A program made the translations under genes and the position numbers. This document shows positions 1 to 9,167 of a DNA stretch of 64,000 bases, piece after piece. A model generated the notes under the pieces. The model saw nothing but the letters and a program-made list of their open reading frames with translations, ran no database searches and had not been told where the DNA came from. The first letter of the stretch is position 1. Each line of letters starts with the position of its first letter. The DNA is taken from assembly GCA_041737595.1 (NCBI GenBank), contig JBGSRK010000011.1, positions 2,658-66,657 of the forward strand, in the 5' to 3' direction. This DNA is from Patescibacteria group bacterium. GTDB taxonomy: Bacteria; Patescibacteriota; CPR2; UBA1875.

Positions 1-2
1 TA

Positions 3-149
3 TTAAATGAGAAAAATAGTGGGTATGTCATATCATCAATCCATTCACGAGAAGGCACTAGAGTATATTCAAAATCAGTAACTAATGGCGATCCAGATTA
101 TAATGTAAGTGAAGAAGAAAAAAAAGCGATTGAAGTAGCAAAAAAATAA
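3..149 (+). CDS. 3' end of an upstream CDS (partial, product unknown)
   Basis: Frame is open from the window edge to TAA at 147-149; too short for a product call. Confidence 0.25.
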   Translation, partial: LNEKNSGYVISSIHSREGTRVYSKSVTNGDPDYNVSEEEKKAIEVAKK

Positions 150-246
150 TAAATTAAATAGAATTGTCATTATTTTAATTACCCCGTAGAATATGAGGGT
201 GAAAAAAATATTAAAAAATAAAAGATGACAAATAAAAGGAGTAAAA

Positions 247-675
247 ATGGTATCAATGTTTGACAAAGGGAAAATTGAAGGGGTAAAAACTGGTGGAGCA
301 GAGACAATAGTTGGGACATCAGTAAAGTTAAAAGGTAATTTAAAAAGCGATGGCGATATTATTATTGATGGTATTGTTACTGGAGAACTAAAAACAAAAG
401 GTTCAGTAATAATTGGACCAAATGCAAATATAATTGCGAATATAAAGGCAAAAGATATAACAGTTTCTGGTTCTGTACAGGGTAATATTGAAGCCACAGA
501 TAGATTAGACATTATGGAAACAGGGCGCGTAATAGGAGATATTTCTGCTAATATTCTTTCAATTTCTGCAGGGGCTTTATTTACTGGTAACTCAAAAATG
601 AATGATTCTCATAGAGAAATAATTCAAGAACCAGTTTTAGAAGAAGAAATCGAAGAAAAAAATGAGGCTAAATAA
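247..675 (+). CDS. bactofilin-family (CcmA-like) polymer-forming cytoskeletal protein
   Basis: 142 aa with repeated G-x-[VI] beta-helix windings (GDIIIDGIVTGELKTKGSVIIGPNANIIANIKAKDITVSGSVQGNIEA) and an acidic tail. AAAGGAG Shine-Dalgarno lies about 6 nt upstream of the ATG. Confidence 0.7.
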   Translation: MVSMFDKGKIEGVKTGGAETIVGTSVKLKGNLKSDGDIIIDGIVTGELKTKGSVIIGPNANIIANIKAKDITVSGSVQGNIEATDRLDIMETGRVIGDISANILSISAGALFTGNSKMNDSHREIIQEPVLEEEIEEKNEAK

Positions 676-700
676 AGGTTCTAATTTATAACTTATATTT

Positions 701-1579
701 ATGTATTATTATATTGTAAACCCCGCTGCTGGCGGAGCAAAAATAAATAAAATTCAAGAAAAACTCATCGCAAGACTTAAAAGGCTTGGTATTATGGGTG
801 AATTTGTAAAATCTACTGGAGCAGATGATGTTGCTAAGCTCGCTAAGCTTGGGATAGAAAGAGGCTATAAAACAATTGTCGCTGTTGGTGGTGATGGAAC
901 AATAAATGAAGTCATGAATGCAATAATTGATAATGATAAAATTGTTCTTGGAGTTATCCCAACTGGGACTACAAATGATTTAGCAGACGCACTAGGTATA
1001 AGTGATTGGTATGCCGCTACGGGTATATTAGCTTCTAGAAAAATTGAACAAATTGATTTAGGTAAAATCGCTAATAAATTTTTTGTAACTTCAGTTACAA
1101 TAGGGTTTGATTCAAAAATTTCAGGTTCAAGGCGACTTTCAAGGGGTAATTTTATCGAAAAATCTCGTTATGCTTTCAAAGTATTCACTGAAGCTGCTTC
1201 TTTTAAACCAATTTCTGCTTTTTTAAAATTTGATAATAATTATGAAGCAGAAGCGGATTGTTTTAATATTATAATTTCTAATTCTCAGTTTTCCCCTGCA
1301 ATAAAAAAAGATAAAAAATTAAATGATAATTTACTTAATACAATGATAATTACAAAAATACCCGGAGCTAAAATCTTCAAATATAGCTATCTTGCAGACA
1401 GTTCTGCTATAGATTTACCAAGAATTTCAGTCTTCCGTTCTAAATATATAGATATCACAACTAAAGACCCGGTTGACGTAACGGCAGATGGTCAAATTAT
1501 TACAAAAACACCAGTAAGAATTTCAGTTACAGATAAAAAATTACGAGTAATAGTATCAAGAAAGAGAAAAATAAAATAG
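701..1579 (+). CDS. diacylglycerol kinase-family lipid kinase (DAGK_cat, YegS/BmrU-like)
   Basis: 292 aa with the motif IVAVGGDGTINEV...GVIPTGTTNDLA that is typical of DAGK catalytic-domain lipid kinases. Confidence 0.7.
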   Translation: MYYYIVNPAAGGAKINKIQEKLIARLKRLGIMGEFVKSTGADDVAKLAKLGIERGYKTIVAVGGDGTINEVMNAIIDNDKIVLGVIPTGTTNDLADALGISDWYAATGILASRKIEQIDLGKIANKFFVTSVTIGFDSKISGSRRLSRGNFIEKSRYAFKVFTEAASFKPISAFLKFDNNYEAEADCFNIIISNSQFSPAIKKDKKLNDNLLNTMIITKIPGAKIFKYSYLADSSAIDLPRISVFRSKYIDITTKDPVDVTADGQIITKTPVRISVTDKKLRVIVSRKRKIK

Positions 1580-1632
1580 ACCTTTACGAAAATCATTTTT
1601 TTTGTTAAAATAAGCTCAAGGTAGGAGTAAAT

Positions 1633-2145
1633 ATACAGCAGAAGATTCGGATTAATAATTCTATTAGAGCGCCTAAAGTACGACTTGTTGATGAAGACGG
1701 TGGCCAATTGGGAGTCGTAGGTTTTTCAGAGGCGCTTTTAAAGGCTGAAGAAGTAGGCCTTGATTTAGTTGAGGTTGCACCTAATGTTGACCCTCCTGTT
1801 TGTAAAATTTTAGATTTTGGGAAATTTAAATATGAACAAGAAAAGAAGGTCCAAAAATCTAAAAAGGCTCAAAAAAATCAAGAAATAAAAGGGTTAAGAC
1901 TTTCGGTAAAAATTGGCCAAAATGATTTTGATACTAAACTTCGGAAGGCCAATGTATTTATTGAAAAAGGGAGTAAAGTTGCTTTACAGTTAAGATTTAA
2001 AGGTAGAGAGATGGCTCATAAGGAGCTTGGTGAAAAAGTTTTACGAAAGTTTGTAGAGGCAATGGGCGAAGTTGTAATTGAACAAGAGCCTAAAATGCTA
2101 GGTAGAGGTATGAATATGGTAGTGGCTCCAAAAAAAAATAAATAA
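1633..2145 (+). CDS. infC: translation initiation factor IF-3; the start is non-canonical (ATA at 1633 or ATT at 1645)
   Basis: The IF-3 signature (VRLVDEDGGQLGV...LDLVEVAPNVDPPVCKILDFGKFKYE) reads in-frame upstream of the first ATG at 1708, and the frame is open back to the stop at 1606-1608. AGGAG at 1623-1627 sits 5 nt before ATA. AUU/AUA starts are classic for autoregulated infC. Confidence 0.85.
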   Translation: MQQKIRINNSIRAPKVRLVDEDGGQLGVVGFSEALLKAEEVGLDLVEVAPNVDPPVCKILDFGKFKYEQEKKVQKSKKAQKNQEIKGLRLSVKIGQNDFDTKLRKANVFIEKGSKVALQLRFKGREMAHKELGEKVLRKFVEAMGEVVIEQEPKMLGRGMNMVVAPKKNK

Positions 2146-2166
2146 TTTTTTTTAAAAATAAGGATT

Positions 2167-2367
2167 TTGATGAAGAACAAACAAAAAACACACAGTGGCG
2201 CGAAAGATAGATTTAAAATTTCGAGTACTGGTAAAATTAAAAGAAGATCGGCATTTTCTTCTCACCTTTTAGGTGGAAAAAGCCAAGACAGAAAAAGAGG
2301 ATATCGGAAAGATGTTGATGTTGCAAAGGGCGATATTAAAAATGTTAAAAAAATGTTGGGGAAATAA
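2167..2367 (+). CDS. rpmI: 50S ribosomal protein L35
   Basis: 66 aa basic protein (MMKNKQKTHSGAKDRFKISSTGKIKRR...) placed between infC and rplT. Confidence 0.9.
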   Translation: MMKNKQKTHSGAKDRFKISSTGKIKRRSAFSSHLLGGKSQDRKRGYRKDVDVAKGDIKNVKKMLGK

Positions 2368-2380
2368 ATAAAGGAAATAT

Positions 2381-2725
2381 ATGAGAATTAAAGGCGGAAC
2401 AGTTACAAAAAGAAAACATAAAAAAGTACTTGCAGCAACCAAGGGTATGCGAGATATGCGCAAGAGGAGCGTTAGACGTGCAAAGGAAGCTATTCTTAAA
2501 GCAGGTTCTAATGCATATATTGATAGAAAAAGAAAAAAGAGAGATTTTAGAACCCTCTGGAATATTAGAATAAATGCTGCAGTGCGTAAATTTGGGATGT
2601 CATATTCAAAATTTATCGGAGCATTGAAATCTAAAAATATTGAAATTGATCGTAAAATACTTGCAGAAATCGCAGCAGAAAAACCTGATGTTTTTGAAAA
2701 AATAATAGAGAAAGTAAAAAGCTAA
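2381..2725 (+). CDS. rplT: 50S ribosomal protein L20
   Basis: 114 aa (MRIKGGTVTKRKHKKVLAATKGMR...RDFRTLWNIRINAAVRKFGMSYSKFIGAL) completing the conserved infC-rpmI-rplT operon. Confidence 0.9.
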   Translation: MRIKGGTVTKRKHKKVLAATKGMRDMRKRSVRRAKEAILKAGSNAYIDRKRKKRDFRTLWNIRINAAVRKFGMSYSKFIGALKSKNIEIDRKILAEIAAEKPDVFEKIIEKVKS

Positions 2726-2907
2726 TGAAAATTCTAGAAGTTAAATGTAAAGATTGCAAAGCTGCTTATGAAACACTTGAAAACATTCCGCGTGATGGCC
2801 TTGCTTGTCCTGCATGTGGCTCTAAAGAATTAGGTTTTAATAAAACAGATAAGGAATTTAACGCTTGTAGTGGAGGCGGATGCAGTACCTGTGATAGTTG
2901 TCATTAA
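2725..2907 (+). CDS. FmdB-family zinc-ribbon small protein
   Basis: 60 aa with CxxC...CxxC (KCKDC...CPACGS) and a Cys-rich tail. The start overlaps the rplT stop (TAATG). Confidence 0.55.
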   Translation: MKILEVKCKDCKAAYETLENIPRDGLACPACGSKELGFNKTDKEFNACSGGGCSTCDSCH

Positions 2908-2920
2908 ATAATAAATTACT

Positions 2921-2950
2921 AAAAACCCACTCATAAGAGTGGGTTTTTTG
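2921..2950 (+). terminator. rho-independent terminator of the infC-rpmI-rplT operon
   Basis: Hairpin cccactc-ataa-gagtggg followed by a T6 run. Confidence 0.7.
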
Positions 2951-2954
2951 ATTG

Positions 2955-3373
2955 TCTAGTTAATCTGTAAGCCGGGTTCTGTTCGTTTCTTGCTTTAAAA
3001 CAAGAAATCTGTCGATCATCTATCTATGCGACAGGATCTTTCACATAAAGCCAAGATTAAAGCCTTTTCAAACATTATAGAGCATTAAGAGACGTTTCCG
3101 TCCCATAAAACACATGTTTGATCATATGAACGACCCACCTGTCTTGCACCGAATAGGGTTTACCTCCCATTATTGTCACCAATAATGGCTGTGAGCTCTT
3201 ACCTCACTCTTTTCAACCTTACTGCATTGTCCAAAGACAATGTTTAGCGGTATAGTTTCTGTGGCACTTTCCCTACTCTTCCGAGCGGTTGCCGTTAGCA
3301 ACTATTCTAATCTTTTGGTGCCCGGACTTTCCTCTCTAAATAAAATTTAGGGCGATCGACCGATTAACTAGAC
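2955..3373 (-). ncRNA. rnpB: RNase P RNA (bacterial type)
   Basis: The minus strand reads GAGAGGAAAGUCCGGGCACC (P4 5' strand, reverse complement of 3318-3337) and ACAGAACCCGGCUUACAG (P4 3' strand, reverse complement of 2968-2985). A P1 helix forms from the 12-15 bp inverted termini gtctagttaatc/gattaactagac. The segment is ORF-free and more G+C-rich than its flanks. Confidence 0.85.
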
Positions 3374-3473
3374 AATATATATTATATCATAATATATACA
3401 ATTAATCAACCTTAAATAAAACTGAACCTTTATTCTTTACCGAAAATTCTTTATAATAAAGCAAGGAGGGGAA

Positions 3474-4424
3474 TTGAAAAATTCAGAAATTAGAAAAGAT
3501 TATTTTTTAGATAAATATGTAATTATTGCTCCTAAAAGGAAAAATAAACCCAAAAAGGTAGCCAATATAGACGATAGTAGTCCTTCGAGTTGTTATTTTT
3601 GTAGCCCACAGGTTGATGATCCAAAGAATCAAATACAAATAAAAAATTATAATTTTGGAGAACATTCTTGGAGAATAAAAGTTATTGGAAATCTATATCC
3701 AGCCCTTTCTAAAGATAATATTAAAGCTTATGGATACCAGGAGGTAATTATTGAAACTCCTGAACATAATAAAGAAATACATGAACTTTCAAATGATCAA
3801 ATGCATAAAATTTTTGATGTATATATAGATAGATATAAAACCTTAATGCAGAAAAAAGGTATTTGTTATGTTGTAGTTTTCAAAAATGAAGGGGGTAAGG
3901 CAGGAGCATCAATACCACATGCCCATTCGCAGGTATATGCTCTCCCAATTATTCCCCCAAGAATTTCAGCTGAAGCAGATGCCGCTGATAATTATTTCCA
4001 AAAACATAAATCTTGTCCTTATTGTGACATTATAAAAAGTGAAAAAGATGGCCCCAGGGTTATTTGGGAAGATGAACATTTGTTTGTACTCGCACCGTAT
4101 GCTTCGGAGTCTCCTTATGGTGCTTGGTTTTTACCAAAAAGACACATAAGATCAATTCTAGATTTAAGAGAAGTGGAAAAAGATTCTTTCGTAAGAGCAT
4201 TGAAATCATTACTTACAAAATTAGACGAGATAGATGTTTCTTATAATTATTTTTTCCAAAACTCATTAGATAATGAATCTCATCATCTAATTTTAAAATT
4301 AGCCCCAAGACCAAATGTTTGGGGAGGGCTTGAGCTTGATACTGGTATAATTGTAAATCCAATGCCACCAGAAGAAGCAGTCAAATTTTATCAAAAAGGG
4401 ATCGGAGCTCAGTCAAATCTATAA
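3474..4424 (+). CDS. HIT-superfamily nucleotidyltransferase, galactose-1-phosphate uridylyltransferase (GalT)-like
   Basis: 316 aa with a CYFCSP zinc motif and the HAHSQ (H-x-H-x-Q) motif of the GalT branch, arranged as two half-domains. TTG start with AAGGAGGGG Shine-Dalgarno. Confidence 0.55.
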   Translation: MKNSEIRKDYFLDKYVIIAPKRKNKPKKVANIDDSSPSSCYFCSPQVDDPKNQIQIKNYNFGEHSWRIKVIGNLYPALSKDNIKAYGYQEVIIETPEHNKEIHELSNDQMHKIFDVYIDRYKTLMQKKGICYVVVFKNEGGKAGASIPHAHSQVYALPIIPPRISAEADAADNYFQKHKSCPYCDIIKSEKDGPRVIWEDEHLFVLAPYASESPYGAWFLPKRHIRSILDLREVEKDSFVRALKSLLTKLDEIDVSYNYFFQNSLDNESHHLILKLAPRPNVWGGLELDTGIIVNPMPPEEAVKFYQKGIGAQSNL

Positions 4425-4425
4425 T

Positions 4426-4456
4426 CAAAAAACTCGCCAATTGAGGCGAGTTTTTT
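4426..4456. terminator. bidirectional rho-independent terminator
   Basis: A7-ctcgcc-aattga-ggcgag-T6, placed between convergent genes. Confidence 0.7.
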
Positions 4457-4474
4457 GATTTTTTGTTTTGATTT

Positions 4475-5137
4475 TTATAAGTTCTTTTTTAATCTTGCGA
4501 TAACTTCTTTTGCTGCATCTTGTCCACCAAGACCAAAGGCTAAACCTCCGGCAATAGCAAGCATTGCAAAAAAAGCTGTAACCATTGTGCTAATTATTGC
4601 AGTTGCAATCCCTAGCTCTAAAAGAGCTGCGAGAACAACGAATACAACAACAGCCCATCTTGTTACATCAGCAGCAATAGCTGCAGTTGTAGCTCCGATT
4701 GTTTGAGCTGTTGATTCAACTACTCGTGAAAGTAAGTCAGCAACAACTACACCAACCATAACTATAACCACTGCAACAACTACGCTAGGCATATATTCTA
4801 CAACAGAAGCTGTAAGATCGCCGACACGTTTTAGACCAAGAATTTCAGAAGCTGGAACAAGAGACGTAATGATAATAATCCATTTTGCCAAATCTCCTAA
4901 AAGTTCTGGTAAGTCTAATTTTGCTGCAAATACTTTATTTAGACCGATTGCATCTGTATAAGGTTTAAGTTTGATAAACTTTAACACTCTTACAAGTACA
5001 ACTTTGACGGCCCAAGCAACAAGAACACCTAATAAAACAACGACCAAAGCACCAAGTATCTCAGGGATGTAATTTACTACATCTGTAAGAGATGCTTTAA
5101 CGGCGTCAGTCGTTAATGTTGTCCATTCTTTTAACAT
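4475..5137 (-). CDS. membrane protein with repeated conserved TM-helix segments (MscS-N-terminal-like)
   Basis: Hydrophobic repeats are present. The start is moved to the internal ATG (MLKEWTT), which is preceded by a strong GGAAAGGAGGTG Shine-Dalgarno. The ORF-track start at 5203 lacks a Shine-Dalgarno. Confidence 0.5.
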   Translation of the reverse strand: MLKEWTTLTTDAVKASLTDVVNYIPEILGALVVVLLGVLVAWAVKVVLVRVLKFIKLKPYTDAIGLNKVFAAKLDLPELLGDLAKWIIIITSLVPASEILGLKRVGDLTASVVEYMPSVVVAVVIVMVGVVVADLLSRVVESTAQTIGATTAAIAADVTRWAVVVFVVLAALLELGIATAIISTMVTAFFAMLAIAGGLAFGLGGQDAAKEVIARLKKNL

Positions 5138-5361
5138 TTTATTCACCTCCTTTCCTATTGACTTGGAGACCAAATCGAGATTTCTCTCGTAAATACCCTC
5201 CACGAGGGCCCCCTACTAAATCAATTTTAGCAAACAATCATAGATAAAAGCAAATTAAAATATTAAATAAAACTTTTATAAATAAATTGTTGATTACAAC
5301 GATGTAATTATAAAAATATTTCATTAAAATTAAATTATAACTTAAGTAAGAGGTAGATATT

Positions 5362-5649
5362 ATGGGTAGTATATTAAGTTGGATAATAATAGGTCTTTTG
5401 GCGGGTTTGTTTGTGAACTATATATTTAAAAAACAAAAAAAATATTTCATCGGTACTATTTTAGCAGCGATTGTTGGGAGTTTTGTTTCTGGTTTAGTTT
5501 ATAGCGCACTTAAATTTGGCGAATTATTAAATTTTATAGATCAAACTTCACTTATAGTGGCGTTATTTGGTTCTATATTTATATTATATATAATTAACTC
5601 TTTAATATATGGAGAAGATAAAGAGATAGAAAAATTTAGCAATTTTTAG
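5362..5649 (+). CDS. GlsB/YeaQ/YmgE-family small membrane protein
   Basis: 95 aa with two to three TM segments carrying Gly-zipper motifs (GLLAGLFV...GSFVSGLVY). Confidence 0.5.
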   Translation: MGSILSWIIIGLLAGLFVNYIFKKQKKYFIGTILAAIVGSFVSGLVYSALKFGELLNFIDQTSLIVALFGSIFILYIINSLIYGEDKEIEKFSNF

Positions 5650-6796
5650 ATTTAGGGCTATATAGCAATATACCTAATTTAATTTGGATAGCATCAGAAA
5701 ATTTCCTTGGGTCAAGCCCAATTTCTTTTTTTATTTTATCAAGACGATAAATAAGAGTATTACGATGTAAATGTAATTTTTTTGAAGCAATAGTTAAATT
5801 CATATCTGAGTTTAAAAATATTTCAACCGTTTTATATAGGCTTGGTTCATCAAATAATTTGCCTATGATTTGGTGAGCGAGTTCACACTTTCTTTCAACG
5901 GTTATATTACTTGATAAGGCCATATACATGCCCACATCAGTTATATGATATATTTTTTCATCTCCCCAAATTTTTTTTCCTAAGGTTAAAGAAGATTGGG
6001 CATCCATAAATGATTTTCTTAAACCTGAAAGTCCAGGATAATATTGACCAACCCCTATAGTAGGAGTTATTCCTGTATATTTTTTTATTGTTTCACTAAT
6101 ATATTTAGCTTTAGATTTATAAAAATTTACTGTATTTAGGGTGTTAATTTGTCCTTTGGCCCACTTTAAAACGATAAACTTATTAGGTCCAAAACAGGTA
6201 AAAATATTTTGTTCATAATTTTTAAATGACATTTTTAAATCTGAAATTATTTTTTTACATTCTTTGTTAATTAAAATATCAATTTTATCCTTTTGCATTG
6301 TATTAAATTTTTTATAGAAGTTTTTATATAAACCAGGGACTTCAATTATTAACACTGCTTGTTGTGATCTTAGGTTAAGCCCCAGAATATCTGCTTTATC
6401 TATCGCCTGGTCAAAATTTTTTATTACATCTGTCTCAAGTAATTCCTTAATAAATGTACTTTTAGGATTATTGTATTTAATTGATTGTTCTTTTAAAAAT
6501 GTTTCATAAGATATTTCATTTATTAGCCCATCAAGAAGTTCTATTTGATTATCTATACTTTTTTTATTTATTTTAATACCAATTGTCCCAAGTGTGACAT
6601 TATTTATAACTATTGGTTTCCAATAAATATTATCTTTTTGTTTAATGATTGATTTTTCAGCAACTCTTTTTGCTATTTCAAAATATTTTCCGTTCCCATC
6701 TATCTCAACACCACTTGTTTCAGTAATAGTATAAATATTACTTATTACGGATTTAACTAATTTTGAAATACTGTATATATCAAATGAATTATCCAT
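5636..6796 (-). CDS. PucR/CdaR-family transcriptional regulator (C-terminal HTH_30)
   Basis: C-terminus LHLHRNTLIYRLDKIKKEIGLDPRKFSDAIQIKLGILL is the PucR-type HTH. It is preceded by a GGDEF-like region (IGVGQYYPGLSGLRKSF). Confidence 0.6.
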   Translation of the reverse strand: MDNSFDIYSISKLVKSVISNIYTITETSGVEIDGNGKYFEIAKRVAEKSIIKQKDNIYWKPIVINNVTLGTIGIKINKKSIDNQIELLDGLINEISYETFLKEQSIKYNNPKSTFIKELLETDVIKNFDQAIDKADILGLNLRSQQAVLIIEVPGLYKNFYKKFNTMQKDKIDILINKECKKIISDLKMSFKNYEQNIFTCFGPNKFIVLKWAKGQINTLNTVNFYKSKAKYISETIKKYTGITPTIGVGQYYPGLSGLRKSFMDAQSSLTLGKKIWGDEKIYHITDVGMYMALSSNITVERKCELAHQIIGKLFDEPSLYKTVEIFLNSDMNLTIASKKLHLHRNTLIYRLDKIKKEIGLDPRKFSDAIQIKLGILLYSPKSKNC

Positions 6797-7901
6797 TATA
6801 TTTCTCCATTAGAAGTGCCATTTGTAGTTCAAAGGCGTCATTGAATGACCTTGGATCAAGGCCTGTTAAATTTAATATTCTCTCAAGTCTATAAACTAAG
6901 GTATTTCGATGTATTTTTAATTTTTTTGACGTCGCAGAAAGGGAAAGATCGTTTCTTAAATATTCTTTAAGCGAATTTAAAAGTTCTTTATTTGACGCAA
7001 TTTTATTTATTAAATTTTTTGATATTTTTATGTTATTTTCGTTAACACCGGAAAAAAGGGGCGCCACAACACCAAAACTATCAAAATGAAATATTTTATT
7101 TTCACCCCAAATTTGTTTTCCAAATGATAAAGCTGTTTTAGATTCCTCATAACTCTCTTTTAAACCAGCTATACCTGGTTGAAACCCACCTACACCAATT
7201 GTAATATTAGTACGTAATTCATCTTTTATCACAAAATAAAGAGAATTAAGGGTTTTTTTAAATTCATTTTGATAAGTTAATGGTTCATCCCCCATATCTT
7301 TAAATATTAAAAAATTACCACTACCTAAATAAGTAATAATATTATTTTTATGATGAGTATAAAAAGAGTTTAAGACATTCTGGATAGATCTTTTAACTCG
7401 AGTAATCTTTTTCTCTCTTTCACCCTCAATAACTTCTTTATTAAATAAAAATAAATATTCAGGCTCCTCAATCTCTACATACATTGCCAGTCTTGGTAAA
7501 TTTAAATCTATACCAAAAGAATTTAAAACTCTATTAAAATCCTTTTGGGTCATATTTTCAGTATTTAAATAATCATATACTATCTGATCTAATCTTTTTT
7601 CGTCTGAAGTTAGAAGATTAGAATAATATATTTGTTGAATAATTAATTCAGCCATAGATTTCAAGACACCACCAATTTCTTTTATTGTGCTTCTATTTTC
7701 ATCAAAATATAGATAGCCAATTTTTTTTCTTTCATAAAAAAGTGGTAATGAGCGATGGCTTTTAATATCAAGTGGACTATGTTCTATAGAAAAATCTTTA
7801 GTTGCTGCAATAATATTCCCAAGTGTGTCACAAGCGGCACATTTTTTATTTGAAAATCGCGATATATTATTGACAATTTTTTCACCCAATTCTTTGTCCA
7901 T
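6789..7901 (-). CDS. PucR/CdaR-family transcriptional regulator, tandem paralogue
   Basis: C-terminus LKIHRNTLVYRLERILNLTGLDPRSFNDAFELQMALLM and core IGVGGFQPGIAGLKESY are clearly paralogous to the adjacent regulator. There is an 8-nt overlap with the downstream gene. Confidence 0.6.
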   Translation of the reverse strand: MDKELGEKIVNNISRFSNKKCAACDTLGNIIAATKDFSIEHSPLDIKSHRSLPLFYERKKIGYLYFDENRSTIKEIGGVLKSMAELIIQQIYYSNLLTSDEKRLDQIVYDYLNTENMTQKDFNRVLNSFGIDLNLPRLAMYVEIEEPEYLFLFNKEVIEGEREKKITRVKRSIQNVLNSFYTHHKNNIITYLGSGNFLIFKDMGDEPLTYQNEFKKTLNSLYFVIKDELRTNITIGVGGFQPGIAGLKESYEESKTALSFGKQIWGENKIFHFDSFGVVAPLFSGVNENNIKISKNLINKIASNKELLNSLKEYLRNDLSLSATSKKLKIHRNTLVYRLERILNLTGLDPRSFNDAFELQMALLMEKYNG

Positions 7902-8030
7902 TTGTAAACTCCAACAAGTTCAAATAATACTTCTTTGTAATAGTTTACAAATATTAGCACTTAAGTATATATTTGTAAAGATTTTCTGTGGACAAACTAA
8001 GCTTAATATATTAAAATTACCTAGTCTTAA

Positions 8031-8107
8031 GGGTGGTTAGCTCAGTTGGCTAGAGCGTCGCGTTGACATCGCGGAGGTCACAGGTTCGAGCCCTGTACCA
8101 CCCACCA
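8031..8107 (+). tRNA. tRNA-Val (anticodon GAC), CCA encoded
   Basis: Cloverleaf: acceptor GGGTGGT/ACCACCC, D-arm AGCTCAGTTGGCTAGAGC, anticodon stem TCGCG/CGCGG with loop TTGACAT, T-arm ACAGGTTCGAGCCCTGT, discriminator A plus CCA. Confidence 0.85.
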
Positions 8108-8228
8108 TAAATATCTGGGCGAGAAGTTTATCCGCCAACCGGCGGAAGCCCTGTACCACCCACCATAAATATCTGGGCGAGAAGTTTATCCGCCAACCGG
8201 CGGAAGCCCTGTACCACCCACCATAAAT
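8091..8228 (+). repeat. tandem direct repeat of a 58-bp unit (2 full copies plus a 22-bp partial)
   Basis: Unit ccctgtaccacccaccataaatatctgggcgagaagtttatccgccaaccggcggaag at 8091-8148 and 8149-8206, then a partial copy at 8207-8228. Unit 1 begins inside the tRNA-Val T-arm/acceptor. Each unit carries the hairpin ccgcc-aacc-ggcgg. Confidence 0.9.
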
Positions 8229-8273
8229 TTTTATAAAATTTCTAATAGTGTATAATAATTTATAGGAGAATTA

Positions 8274-9167
8274 ATGCCTTTTTCAGAAATTATCGAAAAA
8301 TCATTTAAATATCCATGGAAGAATAGATCACTTTGGTTTTATGGTATTCTAATTGCCCTCCTAACAGGGGGAGTGAATACTTCAAATTATATTGATCCCT
8401 CATCGAAGGAATTTAGTAATTTTACAAAAAATATTCCTTCAATTTCTAATATAAGTTCGAGTACCTGGGTTCTTGTGGGAACAGTTTTTGTAGTTCTAAT
8501 TTTTGGTCTGATTATACTTTCTATAATTGTTACTAATTGGTCAGAAGTTGCTATTAATAGAGGAGTTGAGCAATTAGAAAAAGGCAAAAAGATTGAAAGA
8601 AAAAAGATTGGGAAAACAGGTAAACAAGTAATTTGGAGAATGATAATGTTAAATCTGATAATACCTACTTTAATAGTTTTGGCGCTAATTTTAACTATTA
8701 TTCTTAGTATTATTCTGTTCTCAATTATCCCAAAACCACTTGGTTTATATTTAGGGCTAATTGTAGGAGTGATGTTCGCTATTATTTTGTTAATATTTAT
8801 TTGTTATATATCAGTTATTTGGCCTATGGCAAGCCGATTTGTGAGTAATGATGGGTTAAGGGCAATAGAATCATTAAAACTGTCAATTAAATTGATTAAA
8901 AGTAATTATTGGATCAGTTTTGGTTTTAATATTGTGCTCGCAATGATTTCTGGGATGGGAACATTCGTTATTTTTCTTCCAATGCTTGTAATGATTTTAG
9001 CTGCCTTCGCTTTATTTATGGCTAAAATTTATATTGGAGTAATTATCCTATCTATTTTAGCTTTTGTTTATTTAATCCCACTTATTATTGCTGAAGGATA
9101 TTTTCTTACATTTCAAAAAACCGGTCAAACCCTTTGGTGGCTTGAACTTAAAAAACTTAAAAAATAA
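8274..9167 (+). CDS. polytopic membrane protein (uncharacterised)
   Basis: 297 aa with multiple hydrophobic helices and AGGAGAA Shine-Dalgarno. Confidence 0.5.
   Translation: MPFSEIIEKSFKYPWKNRSLWFYGILIALLTGGVNTSNYIDPSSKEFSNFTKNIPSISNISSSTWVLVGTVFVVLIFGLIILSIIVTNWSEVAINRGVEQLEKGKKIERKKIGKTGKQVIWRMIMLNLIIPTLIVLALILTIILSIILFSIIPKPLGLYLGLIVGVMFAIILLIFICYISVIWPMASRFVSNDGLRAIESLKLSIKLIKSNYWISFGFNIVLAMISGMGTFVIFLPMLVMILAAFALFMAKIYIGVIILSILAFVYLIPLIIAEGYFLTFQKTGQTLWWLELKKLKK

Noticed and set aside
75-512. 145-aa minus-strand ORF
   Set aside because: It lies antisense to the bactofilin gene, is low-complexity and hydrophobic, and has no Shine-Dalgarno. It is a shadow ORF.
4455-4706. 83-aa + strand ORF
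   Set aside because: It is antisense to the membrane-protein gene 4475-5137, and Ala/Pro-rich from reading hydrophobic codons backwards.
8091-8228. Possible CRISPR array
   Set aside because: The 58-bp units are contiguous with no intervening unique spacers, and the first unit is part of a tRNA. No cas genes are present.
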